DNA of 64,000 bases from Myxococcota bacterium. Lineage in GTDB: Bacteria; Myxococcota; XYA12-FULL-58-9; JALHOP01. The position numbers were made by a program, and so were the translations under genes. Positions within the stretch are counted from its first letter, which is position 1, and each line of letters begins with the position of its first letter. The stretch is taken from the NCBI GenBank assembly GCA_041288095.1, contig JBGGMJ010000188.1, positions 32,001-96,000 of the forward strand, in the 5' to 3' direction. Below, piece by piece: positions 40,523-49,589 of the stretch. The notes beneath the pieces are model-generated. The model ran no database searches. It had not been told where the DNA came from and saw only the letters and a program-made list of their open reading frames with translations.

Positions 40523-41651
40523 AGCGCTGTGGCCAGTCCGGACGCATGCAGGGCCGCTCGATTGCCAAATAGAACAGCGTCGAGATGACGACGACGGTCG
40601 GAATCGTCATGAGCGCCATGCAAACGTACGCGGTGAAATAAGAGGCTTGCGGCAGGTCGCGGAACGCCGCGCGCCCGACCATCGAAATGAGCGGGTAGTG
40701 GAGCAGATAGATCGAGTAACACATTCCGCCGATGGCAACGAGCGGCCGCGCGGACATGACAGATCGCAGCCACGTCGCGTTCAGCGTCGCACCGACGAAG
40801 ATGATTGTCGTCGCCGCAAACACGAGCTCGTGTAACAGCGAGGTCTCTCGCTCGATGGCGATCATGCCGGCGAGAGCGAGGACGCCCAGCGCCGAAAGGA
40901 GATGCGCGGGGGTGCTACTCGAGCGACTCAAGCGCAGGTCTGCGATGAGAAAGCCGCCAATGAAGTAGTGCCCGTGCGCGAGAATCGTCGCGCGAGAAAG
41001 CGGCATCAGCCCGCTGCCGAGCGCCAACGCGAAGCATGCACCAAGCAATATCGCGCGACGCCACGACGGCCGCGAGATAGCAAAGACCAAGCTCAGCAGC
41101 GGCGCGAGTAAGTAGAATTGAACCTCGATCTCGAGCGACCAAAGGACGAAGTTCACCCAGGGCGTTTCGGGTGCAAGCAGCGCGTGCAGGTATGGAATCG
41201 ACGCGAGGAGACCGTAGGTCAGCCCTTCATGGTCGACGTTTGGGCGAATGATGAGAACGAGATAGCAGCCGATGAGCGCCACGAGGTATGGCGGCTCGAG
41301 GCGGGTGAGCCGGCGCAAGTAGAATCGCCGCAAGTCGACGGCAGGCTGGCTCTGCAAGTGCCGTGCGGCGAACGGCGACCCGAGGATGAAGCCACTGATG
41401 ACGAAGAACAGCTGTACGCCATTGTGGCCGTGCGCTATCGCGGCGTCTGCAAGGCTATCAGCAGAGAAGCCGCCGCGGTCGAGCACGTAGGAACGGATGT
41501 GAAAGAGCACCACCCAGCTGATGGCGATGAAGCGCAATCCGTCGACCGCCGGATCGAATCGACCGGACGAGGTGACGCGTTGGAGGCGGGCATAGAGCCA
41601 CGCCAGTCGTTCCTGCCCTCGGCTAACCTCGGGCCGGGGACCTGGTTCCAT
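40494..41651 (-). CDS. Acyltransferase-3 (OafA-like) O-acyltransferase
   Basis: DGLRFIA, GVQLFFVISGF, RRLTRLEPPY, WSLEIEVQFY and YSIYLLH motifs. Confidence 0.9.
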   Translation of the reverse strand: MEPGPRPEVSRGQERLAWLYARLQRVTSSGRFDPAVDGLRFIAISWVVLFHIRSYVLDRGGFSADSLADAAIAHGHNGVQLFFVISGFILGSPFAARHLQSQPAVDLRRFYLRRLTRLEPPYLVALIGCYLVLIIRPNVDHEGLTYGLLASIPYLHALLAPETPWVNFVLWSLEIEVQFYLLAPLLSLVFAISRPSWRRAILLGACFALALGSGLMPLSRATILAHGHYFIGGFLIADLRLSRSSSTPAHLLSALGVLALAGMIAIERETSLLHELVFAATTIIFVGATLNATWLRSVMSARPLVAIGGMCYSIYLLHYPLISMVGRAAFRDLPQASYFTAYVCMALMTIPTVVVISTLFYLAIERPCMRPDWPQRFIARVFAQR

Positions 41652-41653
41652 CC

Positions 41654-44113
41654 TCAGGGCAACGACGGCAGTTGCGTCGAGCTCCCGTCCGGTCCGACGG
41701 CAATGAGACGAATCTCTCGATCCGTCGATCCGACCGGCGGCGTGACGTAGCCCGCCGCGACCAGCAGCACGGATTGACCAGCAGCTCCGGTCAGATCCAG
41801 GCTACCTCGAGCGGGTGGCGCGAAGGCATTGCGCTCGGCGTCGGCGGCCTCAACGCCGTATGGCGCCGGCACCAGGTTGAAGGTGATGACGCTGAAGGCC
41901 CCGAAATCGACACCGAGGCCGAAGGTCGTATCGTCGACTTCGCTGGACGAGTCGGCGCCCTCGTTCTCGAAAGCGAGCGTCGCGTTGGAAACCGCATTGA
42001 ACAAGCGCAGGTCGGCGAACGACGCCGACACGCCGGTCTCTTGGCCTGCAGTCGCGGTGAGCCCGACCTCAGCGAGCGTACCTCCGTAGGCGACGATATG
42101 GTGCGGGACGCCGAGCGCGAAGTTGGGATTGGTGAGCGTCGCGAGCACTGGCGTCGCTCCTGGAAGTGCCTCGCCGAATACTGCTCCGGTCGCCGCCGGT
42201 AAAAGCGCCAGAGTTACGTTGCTGCCCCCGGGAACGCCCGCCATCGGTGTCGCCGCAGTGTAGGCCAGGTCGTTCACGGCAAGGAAGCCGTTGACATAGA
42301 CGTCGACATTGGCGCCCTCGGCAAGGCCGGCGGCGTGGACCACCTGCCCGCGCGCTGCTTGCTCGGCGAATGCGAACGAGCCACCTGTCGGAGGGATGAG
42401 CGCAAACCCGATCGCGGCGGGCTCGCTTGCATCACCCGTAGCGAACAAGAGCCAAGCGCCGCCCGCTGACAATGATGTGTAGAATCCGGCCGCGCTCGTT
42501 TGGATGGAGCCCAGTCTGTCTCCACCGCTCGTCATGTCGAGAGGCAGCTTCGTCGGTGGCAGGTCCACGTAGCCGGATGACGCGCCGTACGCGGTCGCGG
42601 AGAAGAGGGCCGTTCCAAAGCTCGATGCGGCGAAGGGCAATGACGCTGGGATACCGTTGAACAGAGCAACGCTCGCGACCGTGCTCGAGGTCGCGGTCGT
42701 GCGGGCGTCCGCGATGACATGCAATGCGAGGGCGTCATCGGCGGTGGTGGGCGCGCTGCCCAGGCCGTCCAGCACGACGACGGATGCCGTGGTGAGGGTT
42801 GCTTCGGTAGCGATGAGTGGTGTTGCCGTGGCTGGATCGTCGCCGGCCGCGAAGACTCGCATCAGAGCGTCGCCGCCTGGCGCGGCGACGAATGCCGTCG
42901 CCGCGCGGTAGTCCAACCCCTCGGCGACTAGAGCTTCACCAATGTAAGCGTCGACCGCGGCCACGTCACGCGCGTTGTGCACGAACTGCAGTCGTGTACC
43001 GCTATCGAGGACATACAGCGGTCCGCCCGTGGGCAGTGCCGCCACTACCGCCAAGGATGGCCCACCGTTGTTGGCGACGGTGTCGAAAAAGCCGGAGGTG
43101 AGCACGATGAGAGCCGTGCCCGCGGGGACGCCATTCGGTGCCGCGATCGGCGATGCGCCTGCGCTGGTCTGCAAGCTGAGCGGAGGTGTCAGTACGCTGG
43201 AGCCGACACTCAGGAGCGAGACGCCGCGAGCCAGAGCTTGGTACGGCGTTAGGGTGCCGTAGGCGATGCCGGGAATCGCCGTTCCACCGACAGTCGCGGT
43301 GACGGTGCCGACGTCGGGAGCTCCGTTGTAGACGGCGAGGTTGTATTGATTCGCCGGCAGGCCGTCGTCGGCACTGCTCCGTACGCCGGCGATGGTGTCG
43401 AGCGCGAGCGCCGGAATGCCTGGGGCAAAGTCGCTGGTGTCCACGACGCCGCCGACGATGACGGCGATACGGTCACCTGTCCCGATCGTGAACGTCGTTG
43501 TTGCGGCCGGTGTTACCGGTGTCGCGTCGGTCGAGCTCGACTCCGCGATCACGACTGTGACTTCGGTGCCCGATTCGAAAGGAATGAATGGGGAAGCGGT
43601 GCGAAACGCCGCGTTGTCCACGATGAGCTCGCCGTTGACGTAAACGTCCACGGTCGTAAGTGCCGGGTCGGGAGCGTTGTGAATGAGCTGCAAAGCACCA
43701 CCGTCGATGCACTCGTCGTCGATGAGCACTTGGCCATCGGCGCACGGCTCGAAGGCGAGGACGCACACGCGACCCTGTTGGACCGTACCGGGGCCGCAGA
43801 TGACCTCGGTCGTTGGGACACAGGCGTTTGCTGTTTCGTCGAAGCTGGTGCCCGAGCCGCAGAGCGAGCCCGACGGCACGCATTCGCGCGTGACAGGATC
43901 GAGAGCGGTGAACGGTCCGCAACCCGTACGGCTTGCGACGCAGATGTTGCCGTCCGTCAGCGTCGTGCCCGGCCCGCATTCGGCCGGAATCAACACGCAC
44001 TCGCCGTTATTTTCGACCGTGCCGGCGCCGCAGTCATCACCGCAGCTTGCGAGCTCGCTGGCCGCGATGGTCAGACCGAGGCAAGCCACGAAGTAATGCC
44101 TTTTAGAAGCCAT
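41654..44113 (-). CDS. Large Cys-rich repeat lipoprotein with multiple DUF4397-like domains
   Basis: Lipobox LASC; CGxGT repeats; three 'xxHNA/HAA...VD[VA]Y' units. Confidence 0.8.
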   Translation of the reverse strand: MASKRHYFVACLGLTIAASELASCGDDCGAGTVENNGECVLIPAECGPGTTLTDGNICVASRTGCGPFTALDPVTRECVPSGSLCGSGTSFDETANACVPTTEVICGPGTVQQGRVCVLAFEPCADGQVLIDDECIDGGALQLIHNAPDPALTTVDVYVNGELIVDNAAFRTASPFIPFESGTEVTVVIAESSSTDATPVTPAATTTFTIGTGDRIAVIVGGVVDTSDFAPGIPALALDTIAGVRSSADDGLPANQYNLAVYNGAPDVGTVTATVGGTAIPGIAYGTLTPYQALARGVSLLSVGSSVLTPPLSLQTSAGASPIAAPNGVPAGTALIVLTSGFFDTVANNGGPSLAVVAALPTGGPLYVLDSGTRLQFVHNARDVAAVDAYIGEALVAEGLDYRAATAFVAAPGGDALMRVFAAGDDPATATPLIATEATLTTASVVVLDGLGSAPTTADDALALHVIADARTTATSSTVASVALFNGIPASLPFAASSFGTALFSATAYGASSGYVDLPPTKLPLDMTSGGDRLGSIQTSAAGFYTSLSAGGAWLLFATGDASEPAAIGFALIPPTGGSFAFAEQAARGQVVHAAGLAEGANVDVYVNGFLAVNDLAYTAATPMAGVPGGSNVTLALLPAATGAVFGEALPGATPVLATLTNPNFALGVPHHIVAYGGTLAEVGLTATAGQETGVSASFADLRLFNAVSNATLAFENEGADSSSEVDDTTFGLGVDFGAFSVITFNLVPAPYGVEAADAERNAFAPPARGSLDLTGAAGQSVLLVAAGYVTPPVGSTDREIRLIAVGPDGSSTQLPSLP

Positions 44114-44185
44114 GTCATCGCCCCCGATTTTGTGCCCTGGGAATACCCCGCTTCGGCGGCGATCTCCAGAAACCCACCCCTTGCG

Positions 44186-45544
44186 TCAAGCGCTAGGGAT
44201 GCGGACCGTGAACGAGCTGCCCTCGCCGACCGTGCTCGTTGCCTCGAGCTTTCCGTCATGGGCTTCGACAATGCGGCGAGCGAGAGCGAGCCCGAGGCCG
44301 AAGCCCCCGGTAACGCGAGAGCGACTTCGGTCGCCCCGGAAGAACGGCGTGAACAGGTGATCCATGTCTTCCTTGGGGATGCCCGCACCCCGGTCCTCGA
44401 CGACGACGACCGCCGCGTCGTTGATGCGCGCGAGCGTCATCCGCACCGGTGTGTCCGCCTCTGAATACTTCGCCGCGTTGTCGAGGAGGTTGTCGATGGC
44501 CCGACGCAAAAGGACCCGGTCGGCGGCGAGCCGAGGCGCATCGTGCCCGATGTCGAGGTCGAGCTTACGCTGCGGATGCGCGGTCGAGAACCTAGTCGCC
44601 GCCTCACGAACGACCTCGTCACTAGCCACATCCTCGATCCGCAACGGCGGCAATCCGCTATCGCGCCCATCCGCGAGCTCGAACCGCGCCGTCGTCAGCA
44701 CATCCTCCACCAGCCGCTCGAGCTCCGTGATGTCCGTCGCGACTTCGCCCATGTAGCGCTTCGCCGCCGCCGAGTCCCCCTCGGCCGCGAGCTCCAGCGC
44801 TACCCGCATTCGCGCCAGCGGCGTTCGCAGCTCGTGCGAGACGTTCGCGAGCAGCTCCTTCTCGTTGCGCAGGAGCTTCTCGATTCGATCCGCCATCTCG
44901 TCGAACGCGCGCGCCAGGTCGCCGATGTCGTCGCGGCGGGTTATGCCGGTGCGGGAGCGGAAGTCGCCGCTACCGAGGCGTTGGGCGGCCGCGATGAGGC
45001 TGTCGATGGGGTTGGCGATGCGACGGGCCAGGGGCAGCGAGACGATGGTGAGGATCGCGAGCATCACCAGGATGATGGTGAGGATGCGCCGCCAGCGGTC
45101 CTCGTCATGTGACCAGGGCGGCTTCCACACCAGGACGGCGTAGCTGCGCGATAGCGTCATGGCGCCGATGGCGTCGGGCTTTTTTGGCAGCTGGAAGCCG
45201 GCGGTCTTGTCGAGGGCCGCGTGGCGTTCGGCGCTCCAGGGGAGGGGCGGCTCGCAGTTGCTGGCGATGAGCGCGTCGTTGACGTCGTAGACGGTGGCGT
45301 CGACCGGCAGCGAATCGAGGAGAACCTTCACGCGCGAGGGGTCGCGCGGCATCTCGGCCACCAGGTGATCGAGGCGCTCGGCGAGTAGGGTGATGCTGCG
45401 GCGGTGGCGCGGGTGCGAGTCGATGGGGCGGATGACCTGGCCGACGGCGACGACCGCGACCGACGTGAGCACGAGCAAGCCGATGCCGTGCAGGTAGATG
45501 CGCCAGAACAGACGGCTGCCCGCGGGCCTGACGCTGTTCTTCAC
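44186..45544 (-). CDS. HAMP sensor histidine kinase (CpxA-like)
   Basis: Two TMs, HAMP domain, VSHELRTPL, NLLDNAAKY, DRGAGI and GFGLGLA motifs. Confidence 0.92.
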   Translation of the reverse strand: MKNSVRPAGSRLFWRIYLHGIGLLVLTSVAVVAVGQVIRPIDSHPRHRRSITLLAERLDHLVAEMPRDPSRVKVLLDSLPVDATVYDVNDALIASNCEPPLPWSAERHAALDKTAGFQLPKKPDAIGAMTLSRSYAVLVWKPPWSHDEDRWRRILTIILVMLAILTIVSLPLARRIANPIDSLIAAAQRLGSGDFRSRTGITRRDDIGDLARAFDEMADRIEKLLRNEKELLANVSHELRTPLARMRVALELAAEGDSAAAKRYMGEVATDITELERLVEDVLTTARFELADGRDSGLPPLRIEDVASDEVVREAATRFSTAHPQRKLDLDIGHDAPRLAADRVLLRRAIDNLLDNAAKYSEADTPVRMTLARINDAAVVVVEDRGAGIPKEDMDHLFTPFFRGDRSRSRVTGGFGLGLALARRIVEAHDGKLEATSTVGEGSSFTVRIPSA

Positions 45545-46242
45545 TCGTCGCTCGCCGCCAAAACGTAGCCCGCTCCACGCACGGTCTTGATGAGCTTGTC
45601 GCCGTCAGCGACGGCGGCGAGCTTCTGGCGCAGCCGCGAGATGTGCACGTCGATGGAGCGGTCGAAGGCCTCCTCGGCGGTGCCTTTGGCTAGCTCCATC
45701 ATTTGCTCGCGCGACAGGACCCGGCCGGCGCGCTCGGCGAGCACCCGCAACAACGTGAACTCGTAAGCGGTGAGCGGCAGCTCCTGGTCGCGATAGGTGG
45801 CGATGCGTCGCGTCGGATCGACCAGCAGTCCGCCAGCGCGGACGGTCCGGGTCGGCGGCCCAGCACGGCCGCGGGTGCGCCGCAGAATCGCGTGGATGCG
45901 GGCGAGGAGCTCGCGCGGCGAGAACGGCTTCGCCAAATAATCGTCGGCGCCGAGCTCGAGACCCAGCACGCGATCGGCTTCTTCACCCCGCGCCGTCAAC
46001 ATGATGATGGGCACGTCGCTCTCGGTGCGCAGGGCGCGGCAAACATCCACGCCCGAGAGCTTGGGCAACATGAGGTCGAGCAAGATGACGTCGTACCGCA
46101 GCTTGCGAGCTTCATCGAGACCGGCCTGGCCGTCCGCCTTGTGCGTCACGCTGACGTCGTGCTGTTGCAGGTAGTCCGCCGTGAGCCGCGCCAAGCGCGC
46201 ATCGTCTTCGATGAGCAGGGCGGTGGTCGTCTGCGCCGTCAT
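45541..46242 (-). CDS. OmpR/CpxR-family response regulator
   Basis: LIEDD, LDLMLP, GADDYLAKPF, DRSIDVHISRLR and TVRGAGY motifs; ATG at 46242. Confidence 0.92.
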   Translation of the reverse strand: MTAQTTTALLIEDDARLARLTADYLQQHDVSVTHKADGQAGLDEARKLRYDVILLDLMLPKLSGVDVCRALRTESDVPIIMLTARGEEADRVLGLELGADDYLAKPFSPRELLARIHAILRRTRGRAGPPTRTVRAGGLLVDPTRRIATYRDQELPLTAYEFTLLRVLAERAGRVLSREQMMELAKGTAEEAFDRSIDVHISRLRQKLAAVADGDKLIKTVRGAGYVLAASDE

Positions 46243-46303
46243 GGGCTCCCCGAGCGACGTCACGCCGCCGCCTCCGGGGAGCCTATCGCACGTCCTGGCT
46301 CCA

Positions 46304-46771
46304 TTAGAAGCGGCCGAAGTGACCGTGATGCTCGCGCACCCGCTCGGCGAGCTCCTTGCGCTGCTCGGGGGTGAGCTGCGCATGGATGCCCCTGGCCGCG
46401 GTCACGGCTTCGTGCGCCAAAGCGGTCATGCGTTGCGCGCGCTCGTCGATCAGACGATCGATCTCGCGCGTGTCCGGATTGTTGCTCTCGATGGCCGCTG
46501 CCACTGCGTCGGCGAGCTGCTTGCGCTCGCCCTTCGCGTGTTCGGCCTGCACCTTCGCCACCAAGCCGTCGACGATGGCGAGGATCTGGGAACGCTGCGT
46601 GTCGGTCGCGTCGATGTCGTCGAGGGTTTCGTTGACTCTAAAGTCGACGAATTTCTTCATGCGCTCGGGGTTCTTGCCGTGGCGCGGGCCACGCGCGAAG
46701 GCGCTCCCGAGCCCAATGACCAACGCGCAAGGCACCAGAACGTAAAGGGCGTAACGGAGAACAGGCTTCAT
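46304..46771 (-). CDS. Spy/CpxP-family periplasmic protein
   Basis: Signal peptide, ATDTQ and LTPEQR (LTXXQ) motifs, upstream of the RR/HK pair. Confidence 0.85.
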   Translation of the reverse strand: MKPVLRYALYVLVPCALVIGLGSAFARGPRHGKNPERMKKFVDFRVNETLDDIDATDTQRSQILAIVDGLVAKVQAEHAKGERKQLADAVAAAIESNNPDTREIDRLIDERAQRMTALAHEAVTAARGIHAQLTPEQRKELAERVREHHGHFGRF

Positions 46772-46838
46772 GGGGTGATGGCTCCAACGCGCGCTCGCGG
46801 CTGTGGATCACCACGTTCGCGCCCTACCACCATGGGCA

Positions 46839-46880
46839 GTCGCCATTACGTCGCCATGTCCTGATCTTTAAGAAATGTGA
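46839..46880 (-). promoter_or_regulatory. Candidate OmpR-family binding site upstream of the cpxP-like gene
   Basis: Direct repeat GTCGCCAT at 46839 and 46850 (11-bp period) next to an AT-rich patch, ctttaagaaatgtga. Confidence 0.3.
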
Positions 46881-46891
46881 CCGGCGAGGGT

Positions 46892-47275
46892 TTAGCCTCG
46901 GTGGCCAATCACCTTGCCGCCGCTCACGACCTCACCTTTGCGGGTGATGCCGTCGATGACGACGAAGCCATCCTCGACGATGACGGGACCGTTGCCGAAG
47001 TCGACGCGCGCGTTCTCGAGGAGCTTCCCCTCCTGGACGGCGACGAAGCGCTGGCCGACCTGGAAAACGCCGTGCACGTCCTTGGGGATCGGCTTCCGGG
47101 CCACCTTGTACTGCTCGTACCAGAGGGGCGGCGCGACCGCGTCGGGCTTCGCTGCCGGGCCGGAGTGTGGCTTCGGGCGGACGACCTTCCAACCGGGGAG
47201 GGCCTTCTGGGCAATGCGCTCGGCTTCGGTGAGCTTCTCGGGGGTCGGCGCCGGCTTGCGAGTGATGCGGGTCAT
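46892..47275 (-). CDS. Hypothetical basic protein
   Basis: AGGAG RBS upstream of the ATG at 47275; 127 aa, ending VVSGGKVIGHRG. Confidence 0.65.
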   Translation of the reverse strand: MTRITRKPAPTPEKLTEAERIAQKALPGWKVVRPKPHSGPAAKPDAVAPPLWYEQYKVARKPIPKDVHGVFQVGQRFVAVQEGKLLENARVDFGNGPVIVEDGFVVIDGITRKGEVVSGGKVIGHRG

Positions 47276-47434
47276 GACGGTCTCCTGCAGGCGGAGGGTG
47301 TCGGCAGCCGCGGAAGCGCGATGCGAGAAACGGCGGTGCCACGGTTGTCGCGTCGACCCGCGGCAGCCAACCGCCAGCAACAACGAGGCTTTTCTCGCGA
47401 TAAGCCCCTTTGTCGCTGGAGGAAGTCGTTTCGC

Positions 47435-48595
47435 GTGTCGTTTTCCGTGTTTGGGTTGCATCCCGGTATCGTCGCCGCCGTCGAGCGGCAGGGTTACACG
47501 GTCCCCACCCCCATCCAGACGGCCGCCATTCCGCTCATCTCCTCGGGGCGTGATCTCCTGGGCTGCGCCGCGACCGGCACCGGCAAGACCGCTGCTTTCG
47601 CGCTGCCCATCATCAATCGCCTGGTCCAGGACCCGAAGCGCCGGCGCCTGCCGCGGGCCCTGGTGCTGGTGCCGACCCGTGAGCTCGCGCTGCAGATCGC
47701 CGAGAGCTTCGACGCGTACTCGAACGGCAACGTGCGCTGCGCCGTGCTCATCGGTGGCGTCGGCGCCAATCACCAGGTGGCGTCCTTGCGCAACGGCTGC
47801 GAGGTCATCGTCGCGGCACCCGGCCGCATGCTCGATCTCATGGAGCAGGGCGCCGTCGATCTGCGGGTTATCGGCGTGCTGGTGCTCGATGAGGCCGATC
47901 GCATGCTCGATATGGGGTTCATTCGGCCGCTAAAGCGGATCATCGCCGCGCTGCCCCGAGAGCGTCAGAGCCTCCTCTTCTCGGCGACCATGCCCGAGGA
48001 CATCCGCAAGCTCGCCTCCGGCCTCCTGCGCGATCCTGCGAACATCGCCGTCAACCGCGTAGCCGAGCCCGCAAAGACCGTCGACCAGCGGGTCTATCAC
48101 GTGCCGCAGCACGACAAGTCGCAGCTCTTGAAGAGCCTCTTCAGCTCCGAGAACATGACCCGCGCCATCGTCTTTACGCGTACCAAACATGGTGCCAACC
48201 GCCTGGGCCGCCGCCTCGAGCAGGCCGGCATCGCCAACGGCGTCATTCATGGCAACAAGTCCCAGAATGCGCGCGTCCAAGCACTCGATGCCTTCCGTCG
48301 TGGCTGCGTGCCCATGCTCATCGCCACCGATGTCGCGGCGCGCGGCATCGACGTCGACGGTATCTCGCACGTCGTGAACTTCGACCTTCCCAACGAGCCC
48401 GAGAGTTACGTCCACCGCATTGGCCGCACGGGTCGGGCGGGTGCGGCCGGATCCGCTATAGCGTTCTGCGATCCGAGTGAGCGCGACTTCCTGCGTCAGA
48501 TCGAGCACCTGACCCGGGCCCCGTTGAAGGTCGTGGGCGAACGCCCACCCGAGACCGTAGCTCCGGGAAGAAAACGCTCAGCGGGTCGGCGTTAG
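47435..48595 (+). CDS. DEAD-box RNA helicase (RhlE-like)
   Basis: Q motif PTPIQ, ATGTGKT, PTRELA, DEAD, SAT, ARGID and HRIGRTGRAG; GGAGG RBS before the GTG at 47435. Confidence 0.93.
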   Translation: MSFSVFGLHPGIVAAVERQGYTVPTPIQTAAIPLISSGRDLLGCAATGTGKTAAFALPIINRLVQDPKRRRLPRALVLVPTRELALQIAESFDAYSNGNVRCAVLIGGVGANHQVASLRNGCEVIVAAPGRMLDLMEQGAVDLRVIGVLVLDEADRMLDMGFIRPLKRIIAALPRERQSLLFSATMPEDIRKLASGLLRDPANIAVNRVAEPAKTVDQRVYHVPQHDKSQLLKSLFSSENMTRAIVFTRTKHGANRLGRRLEQAGIANGVIHGNKSQNARVQALDAFRRGCVPMLIATDVAARGIDVDGISHVVNFDLPNEPESYVHRIGRTGRAGAAGSAIAFCDPSERDFLRQIEHLTRAPLKVVGERPPETVAPGRKRSAGRR

Positions 48596-48839
48596 CGACC
48601 GTTTTACTTCTCAAGCCCTCCATCCCCCACGCCGACGGCCAATGTCTCGGGTGCGCGTGTATGTAGGCAGAGCGGTACCCATGAAGGCTTTTGCGCCCCC
48701 GAAGATCCTTCCGAGGCTTGAATTTCGCATGCGAGCGGAGTTTTCGCCTTGTACCATTCTGAGTGTCGGGCCCCTGGAGGCGAGCTTCGTACCCGCGAAG
48801 CGATCACCTCCCTCGACGGAAGGTTGGTTCAGGAAGGGT

Positions 48840-49574
48840 ATGCGCGTGTTGTCCGTTTTCGCGCTCGGGTTCGTGGCCGCTGCCTGCGCTTCGAACAGCT
48901 CCATCGCCCCCGATATCACCGTTTCCAAGCAGCGCGCCGACGGTCCGCTGGTCGCGTCGATGCAGCCGGTCTCGGCCGAAGTCTCCGATGCCCCAGTCAC
49001 CGAGGGTGACGCCGACGAGTCCGCCGGCGGGCTCCTCGAGCGAGCCTTCGCGCAGTTCAATCGCGACCAGTATGCTTCGTCCGCTAAAACGTTCTGGCGG
49101 TCGATCGGCACCAACAACCTCAACGAAGCCGGCCGCGCGCTCGCCTACTGGCACATCTACCTCGCCGAGAAGCGGATGAATCACGAAGACAAGAGCACCG
49201 AAGCGCTGGCGAGCTTCACCACGGTGGCGCAAGAGCTCATGGAGAGCCGCGGCTCGTCGGGTGACTTCATCGAGCGCTTCAGCCTCGACGCGCGCCTCTC
49301 GCGGGCGCGGGCCATCCTCTCGGCGACCTGGGCCAAGCGCGTTCCCGGCTACGGCCGCACCGCCGGTGAAGCGGTGCCGGTGTTCGACCAAATCGAAGCC
49401 GACTACTTCGCGGAGATCGCGCCGCCGTGCGCCAGCGCCAAGCGCCGCCAGACCGACAAGCGCACCATGGCTGGTCGCGCCGGCAACGAGCTCCAGCGGG
49501 TGACCATCTACTGCGAAGGTCAGCGAAACGGCACCGACTACTATCTGGAGATTGTGAAGAACACGGTGGAGTAG
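48840..49574 (+). CDS. Hypothetical helical lipoprotein
   Basis: Lipobox AAAC and TPR-like helices; ends 15 bp upstream of the photolyase. Confidence 0.65.
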   Translation: MRVLSVFALGFVAAACASNSSIAPDITVSKQRADGPLVASMQPVSAEVSDAPVTEGDADESAGGLLERAFAQFNRDQYASSAKTFWRSIGTNNLNEAGRALAYWHIYLAEKRMNHEDKSTEALASFTTVAQELMESRGSSGDFIERFSLDARLSRARAILSATWAKRVPGYGRTAGEAVPVFDQIEADYFAEIAPPCASAKRRQTDKRTMAGRAGNELQRVTIYCEGQRNGTDYYLEIVKNTVE

Positions 49575-49589
49575 GCATACCTCCGCGGT

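Noticed and set aside
44186..46771. CpxP-RR-HK module as a novel system
   Set aside because: This is a common, well-described envelope-stress arrangement.
47326..47341. Sigma54-like TGGCACCGCCGTTTCT upstream of 46892-47275
   Set aside because: The -12 dinucleotide is TC rather than GC, too weak to call.
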